Assembly: GCA_040767195.1 (NCBI GenBank) | Contig: JAXGPA010000003.1 | Location: 1-64,000, forward strand | Length of the DNA stretch: 64,000 nt | Source of the DNA: Syntrophales bacterium | GTDB lineage: Bacteria > Desulfobacterota > Syntrophia > Syntrophales > UBA6807 | Reading direction: 5' to 3' | In this document: positions 60,171-64,000 of the stretch, piece after piece | Position numbering within the stretch: the stretch's first letter is position 1 | How the letters are laid out: each line of letters starts with the position of its first letter | Translations under genes and position numbers: made by a program | Notes under the pieces: model-generated | What the model was told of the DNA's origin: nothing | Database searches by the model: none | The model's input: the letters and a program-made list of their open reading frames with translations, nothing else

Positions 60171-62696
60171 ATGTTAGCCTATCTTGTCAAAAAAATCGTC
60201 GGAACGAAAAACGACAGGGAGATCAAGCGGTATTGCCGTTCCGTCGAAGAAATCAACGCCCTGGAACCTTCCGTGGCGGCCCTCACGGACGCGGAACTCC
60301 GGGAAAAAACGGACCGGTTCCGAACGCGCCTGGCGGAGGGGACTTCCCTGGATGATCTTCTTTTCGAAGCCTTCGCCGTGGTCCGTGAAACGGCGAAACG
60401 GCGGGTCTCCATGAGGCCCTTTGACGTCCAGCTCATAGGGGGCATGGTCCTCCACGAGGGAAAAATCGCCGAAATGAAAACGGGGGAAGGGAAAACCCTG
60501 GCGGCCACCCTGCCCATTTACCTGAACGCCCTTTCCGGGGAAGGGGTCCACGTGGTCACGGTGAACGATTACCTCGCCCGCCGCGACGCCCAGTGGATGG
60601 GGCCGATCTACGAGTCCCTGGGACTCTCCGTGGGCGTCATTCTTCACGGCCTTTCCGATGAAGAGCGGAAAAAAGCCTACAATTGCGACATCGCTTACGG
60701 GACGAACAACGAGTTCGGGTTCGATTATCTGCGGGACAACATGAAATTCAGGCTGGAGGACTATGTCCAGCGGGAATTCAACTACGCCATCGTGGACGAG
60801 GTGGACAGCATCCTCATCGACGAAGCCCGAACGCCGCTCATCATTTCGGGACCTTCCGACGAATCGACGGACAAGTACTACAGGATCAATCAGATCATCC
60901 CCCGCCTTCGCAGGGAACAGGATTTCACCATCGACGAAAAAAGCAGGACCGTGGCGCTCACAGAGGAAGGGGTGGCCCGGGTGGAGAACCTGCTGAAAGT
61001 GGAAAATCTCTACGACCCCCGGCACATGGGTCTGCTGCACCACGTGAACCAGGCCCTGAAGGCTCACACGCTCTTCAAGCGGGACGTGGACTACATGGTG
61101 AAGGAAAACCAGGTGATCATCGTCGATGAGTTCACCGGCCGGCTCATGCCCGGGCGGCGGTACAGCGACGGCCTCCACCAGGCCCTCGAGGCCAAGGAAC
61201 ATGTCAAGATAGAGCGTGAAAATCAAACGCTTGCATCGATAACCTTTCAAAATTACTTTAGAATGTACAACAAGCTCGCCGGCATGACCGGTACGGCGGA
61301 CACGGAGGCGGCAGAATTCAAGAAGATTTACAACCTCGACGTGGTGGTGGTGCCGACGAACATGCCCATGATCCGCGAGGATCACGCCGACGTGATCTAC
61401 AAGACGGAAAAAGAGAAGATCCAGGCCATCATACAGGAAATCAGGGAACTCCATGAAGCGGGGCGGCCCGTCCTCGTCGGGACCATTTCCATCGAAAACT
61501 CGGAGCTTTTGAGCGGTCATCTGCTTCGGCGGGGGGTCAAGCACAATGTGCTCAATGCGAAACATCACGAGAGAGAGGCGGAGATCGTGTCCCAGGCCGG
61601 TCAACCCGGGGCGGTGACCATTTCGACGAACATGGCCGGGCGGGGAACGGACATCAAGCTCGGTCCCGGGGTCGCTGAACTGGGCGGGCTTCATATCCTC
61701 GGGACGGAGCGTCACGAGAGCCGCCGGATAGACAATCAGCTCCGGGGACGGTCAGGCCGCCAGGGTGACCGGGGCTCTTCCCGTTTCTATCTCTCCCTGG
61801 AGGACGATCTCCTTCGGATTTTCGGCGCCGAGCGAATATCCTCGGTCATGGACAAGATCGGCCTGGAAGAAGGCGAGCCCATCGAGCACCGTCTCATCAG
61901 CAGGGCCATAGAGAACGCCCAGAAACGCGTGGAAGCACAGAACTTCGATATCAGAAAGCATCTCCTGGAATACGATGACGTCATGAACCAGCAGCGGGAG
62001 GTGATCTATCGTCAGCGAAAAGAGGTTCTCGGGGGTGACAACCTGTCGTCGGCGCTGGGCGAGATGCTCGAAGACGTGGTGGACACCGTTCTCGAGGAAT
62101 TCGCTGATGAAAACGTCCCGCCTGATGCGTGGAACCTGAAGGGTCTCGATGAGCGTCTCTTTCAGCTCTTTTCTCTCAAAACGAACTTCCAGGACATGGA
62201 AGACGGCACTCCCGCCGGTGGGGAGAGTCTTCGGGAGTGGATTCTCGAGGCGGTCCGGACTCTGCTCCGGCAAAAAAAGGAGGAACTGGGAGCTTCCCTC
62301 ATGGAAGAAATCACGAAGATTCTCATGCTCCAGTCCATCGACACCCACTGGAAAGACCACCTTCTCAGCATGGACCATCTCCGAGAGGGAATCGGCCTGA
62401 GGGGATACGGCCAGAAGGACCCCAAGCGGGAGTATCAAAAGGAGGGTTTTGACATGTTCTCCGCCATGGTGGAGCGGATCAAGGAGGACTCCCTGTCGAA
62501 AATCTGCCGGGTCCAGATCCGCCGGGAGGAGACGGTTCAGGAAATGCAGAAGAAACAGGAGCAGGAATACGTTCTCAGCCGGGGAGACGGGCCGGCGACC
62601 CCGCAGACGGTGAAGCGGAAGGACGTGAAAGTGGGCCGAAACGATCCGTGCCCCTGCGGGAGCGGCAGGAAATACAAGAAATGCTGCGGCAAGTGA
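60171..62696 (+). CDS. secA: Preprotein translocase subunit SecA
   Basis: [69 protein letters not shown]. Confidence 0.99.
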   Translation: MLAYLVKKIVGTKNDREIKRYCRSVEEINALEPSVAALTDAELREKTDRFRTRLAEGTSLDDLLFEAFAVVRETAKRRVSMRPFDVQLIGGMVLHEGKIAEMKTGEGKTLAATLPIYLNALSGEGVHVVTVNDYLARRDAQWMGPIYESLGLSVGVILHGLSDEERKKAYNCDIAYGTNNEFGFDYLRDNMKFRLEDYVQREFNYAIVDEVDSILIDEARTPLIISGPSDESTDKYYRINQIIPRLRREQDFTIDEKSRTVALTEEGVARVENLLKVENLYDPRHMGLLHHVNQALKAHTLFKRDVDYMVKENQVIIVDEFTGRLMPGRRYSDGLHQALEAKEHVKIERENQTLASITFQNYFRMYNKLAGMTGTADTEAAEFKKIYNLDVVVVPTNMPMIREDHADVIYKTEKEKIQAIIQEIRELHEAGRPVLVGTISIENSELLSGHLLRRGVKHNVLNAKHHEREAEIVSQAGQPGAVTISTNMAGRGTDIKLGPGVAELGGLHILGTERHESRRIDNQLRGRSGRQGDRGSSRFYLSLEDDLLRIFGAERISSVMDKIGLEEGEPIEHRLISRAIENAQKRVEAQNFDIRKHLLEYDDVMNQQREVIYRQRKEVLGGDNLSSALGEMLEDVVDTVLEEFADENVPPDAWNLKGLDERLFQLFSLKTNFQDMEDGTPAGGESLREWILEAVRTLLRQKKEELGASLMEEITKILMLQSIDTHWKDHLLSMDHLREGIGLRGYGQKDPKREYQKEGFDMFSAMVERIKEDSLSKICRVQIRREETVQEMQKKQEQEYVLSRGDGPATPQTVKRKDVKVGRNDPCPCGSGRKYKKCCGK

Positions 62697-62727
62697 GAAA
62701 AAAGGCGTTTCCGAAAGAGAGGCCACG

Positions 62728-63924
62728 ATGAGTGACGGGACACGCTTCCGGGTACCCGGTTTCCTGGGGAACGGCGTTTCGGCGGGCATCAAGGACACGG
62801 GGAGAAAGGACCTTTCCCTTATTTATTCCACCGTACCGGCGAAAGCGGCCGGGGTTTTCACCACCAACGCCTTCAAGGCGGCCCCCGTCCTCGTCGACAT
62901 GGAACGCATCCGCGGGGGGATGGCCCGGGCCATCGTGACGAACAGCGGAAACGCCAATGCCGCCACGGGGCGGGAAGGTTATGAAAATGCCCTCCGGATG
63001 GGAAAGGAGGCGGCCAGGCTTCTCGGTGTCGGCGAGGAATCCGTTCTGGTAGCCTCCACGGGGGTTATCGGTCAGACTCTCCCGATCGGGAAAATCGTTT
63101 CCGCCATGGGGGGACTTGTTTCGGGATTGAGGGCCGACGGGCTCGTAGACGCCGAGGAGGCCATCATGACGACGGACCGTTACCCGAAGATGGCCTTGAG
63201 AACCTGTGTCGCCGGGGGGAGGGAGATCACCCTTTGCGGTCTGGCCAAGGGGGCGGGAATGATCGAACCCAGGATGGCCACCCTCCTTTCCTACATTCTC
63301 ACCGACGCCGGCCTGGATGAAAGCGCCATGAACCGCCTGTTCCGGGCCGCCCTGGATCGAAGCTTCAACGCCATCTCCGTGGACGGCTGCATGAGCACCA
63401 ACGACACCGTGCTCTTCCTGGCAAACGGCGTGGCGGGAAACAGGCCGCTTCGGGGCGGTTCCCCCGGTTACGGACGTTTCCGGGACGCTCTCTTCCAGGT
63501 CATGGAGGAACTGGCCAAATCCATCGTCCGGGACGGGGAAGGGGCCACGAAAGTCCTGGACATCCGGGTAGAGGGGGCCAGGTCCCGGAAACAGGCCCGC
63601 TCCTTCGCCTATGCCGTGGCCCGGTCGAATCTCGTCAAGGCGGCCTTCTTCGGCAGGGACCCCAACTGGGGAAGAATCGTGTCCGCCGTGGGTTCCCTGG
63701 GCATCCCCGTCGATCCGGACCGGGTGGACGTGTTCATCGAGGACATCCCGATTTTCATCGGCGGCGCCGGAACGTCGGCGGACGAGGCGAGCCTCCGGGA
63801 GGCCATGGCCCTTCCGGAAATACGGGTTTTCATACGCCTGGGCGCCGGAAAGGCGGCCTTCCGGGTTTTCGCCTCCGATCTGACCCACGACTACGTGAGC
63901 ATCAACGCTCACTACCGGACGTGA
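62728..63924 (+). CDS. argJ: Bifunctional ornithine acetyltransferase/N-acetylglutamate synthase
   Basis: NSGNANAATG, STGVIG, IMTTD, KGAGMIEPRMATLL, STNDT, DGEGATK, DPNWGRI and YVSINAHYRT motifs. Confidence 0.97.
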   Translation: MSDGTRFRVPGFLGNGVSAGIKDTGRKDLSLIYSTVPAKAAGVFTTNAFKAAPVLVDMERIRGGMARAIVTNSGNANAATGREGYENALRMGKEAARLLGVGEESVLVASTGVIGQTLPIGKIVSAMGGLVSGLRADGLVDAEEAIMTTDRYPKMALRTCVAGGREITLCGLAKGAGMIEPRMATLLSYILTDAGLDESAMNRLFRAALDRSFNAISVDGCMSTNDTVLFLANGVAGNRPLRGGSPGYGRFRDALFQVMEELAKSIVRDGEGATKVLDIRVEGARSRKQARSFAYAVARSNLVKAAFFGRDPNWGRIVSAVGSLGIPVDPDRVDVFIEDIPIFIGGAGTSADEASLREAMALPEIRVFIRLGAGKAAFRVFASDLTHDYVSINAHYRT

Positions 63925-64000
63925 TCCTTCCGCTCTTTCGTGGATGGACCGTCTTTAAGGGAGAGGTTATCCTTTTTGGCTTGCGTAATGGTTGGGAATA

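Overview
GC-rich bacterial chromosomal window. Gene content and order suggest a Desulfobacterota/deltaproteobacterium, probably Syntrophales-like (inference). Most of it is housekeeping: rel (partial), proS, ispG, groES-groEL, a Gld-type ABC transporter operon, rhlE, radC, ihfB, rluB-scpB-scpA-trpS, hup, a two-subunit pyruvate-carboxylase-like pair, an M23 peptidase, secA and argJ. A ~20 kb minus-strand run holds a diguanylate cyclase, an HD-GYP protein, miaB, DUF151, DUF3553, xerC, hslVU, argBDFGH, a lipoprotein, lysA, dapAB, folK, a YHS protein, transaldolase, pgsA, tRNA-Gly and tRNA-Cys. An accessory-looking stretch at ~21-28.8 kb carries aspD-aspT, a eukaryote-type hexokinase, an orphan betaine-binding protein, an iron-sulfur flavoprotein and DUF2238. 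The most notable non-coding structures are (i) a ~34-42 bp repeat family, present as inverted, tandem and distal direct copies, that brackets the hexokinase gene like a cassette, and (ii) a ~164 bp rod-hairpin MITE/REPIN-like element in two copies plus solo ends, one of which forms a perfect 20 bp inverted repeat around radC. Also seen: four frameshifts clustered at 4.6-5.8 kb, and two genes (folK, ispG) with no canonical start codon. I saw no transposase, integrase other than xerC, CRISPR array or prophage. All calls come from reading motifs by eye; no database searches were run.
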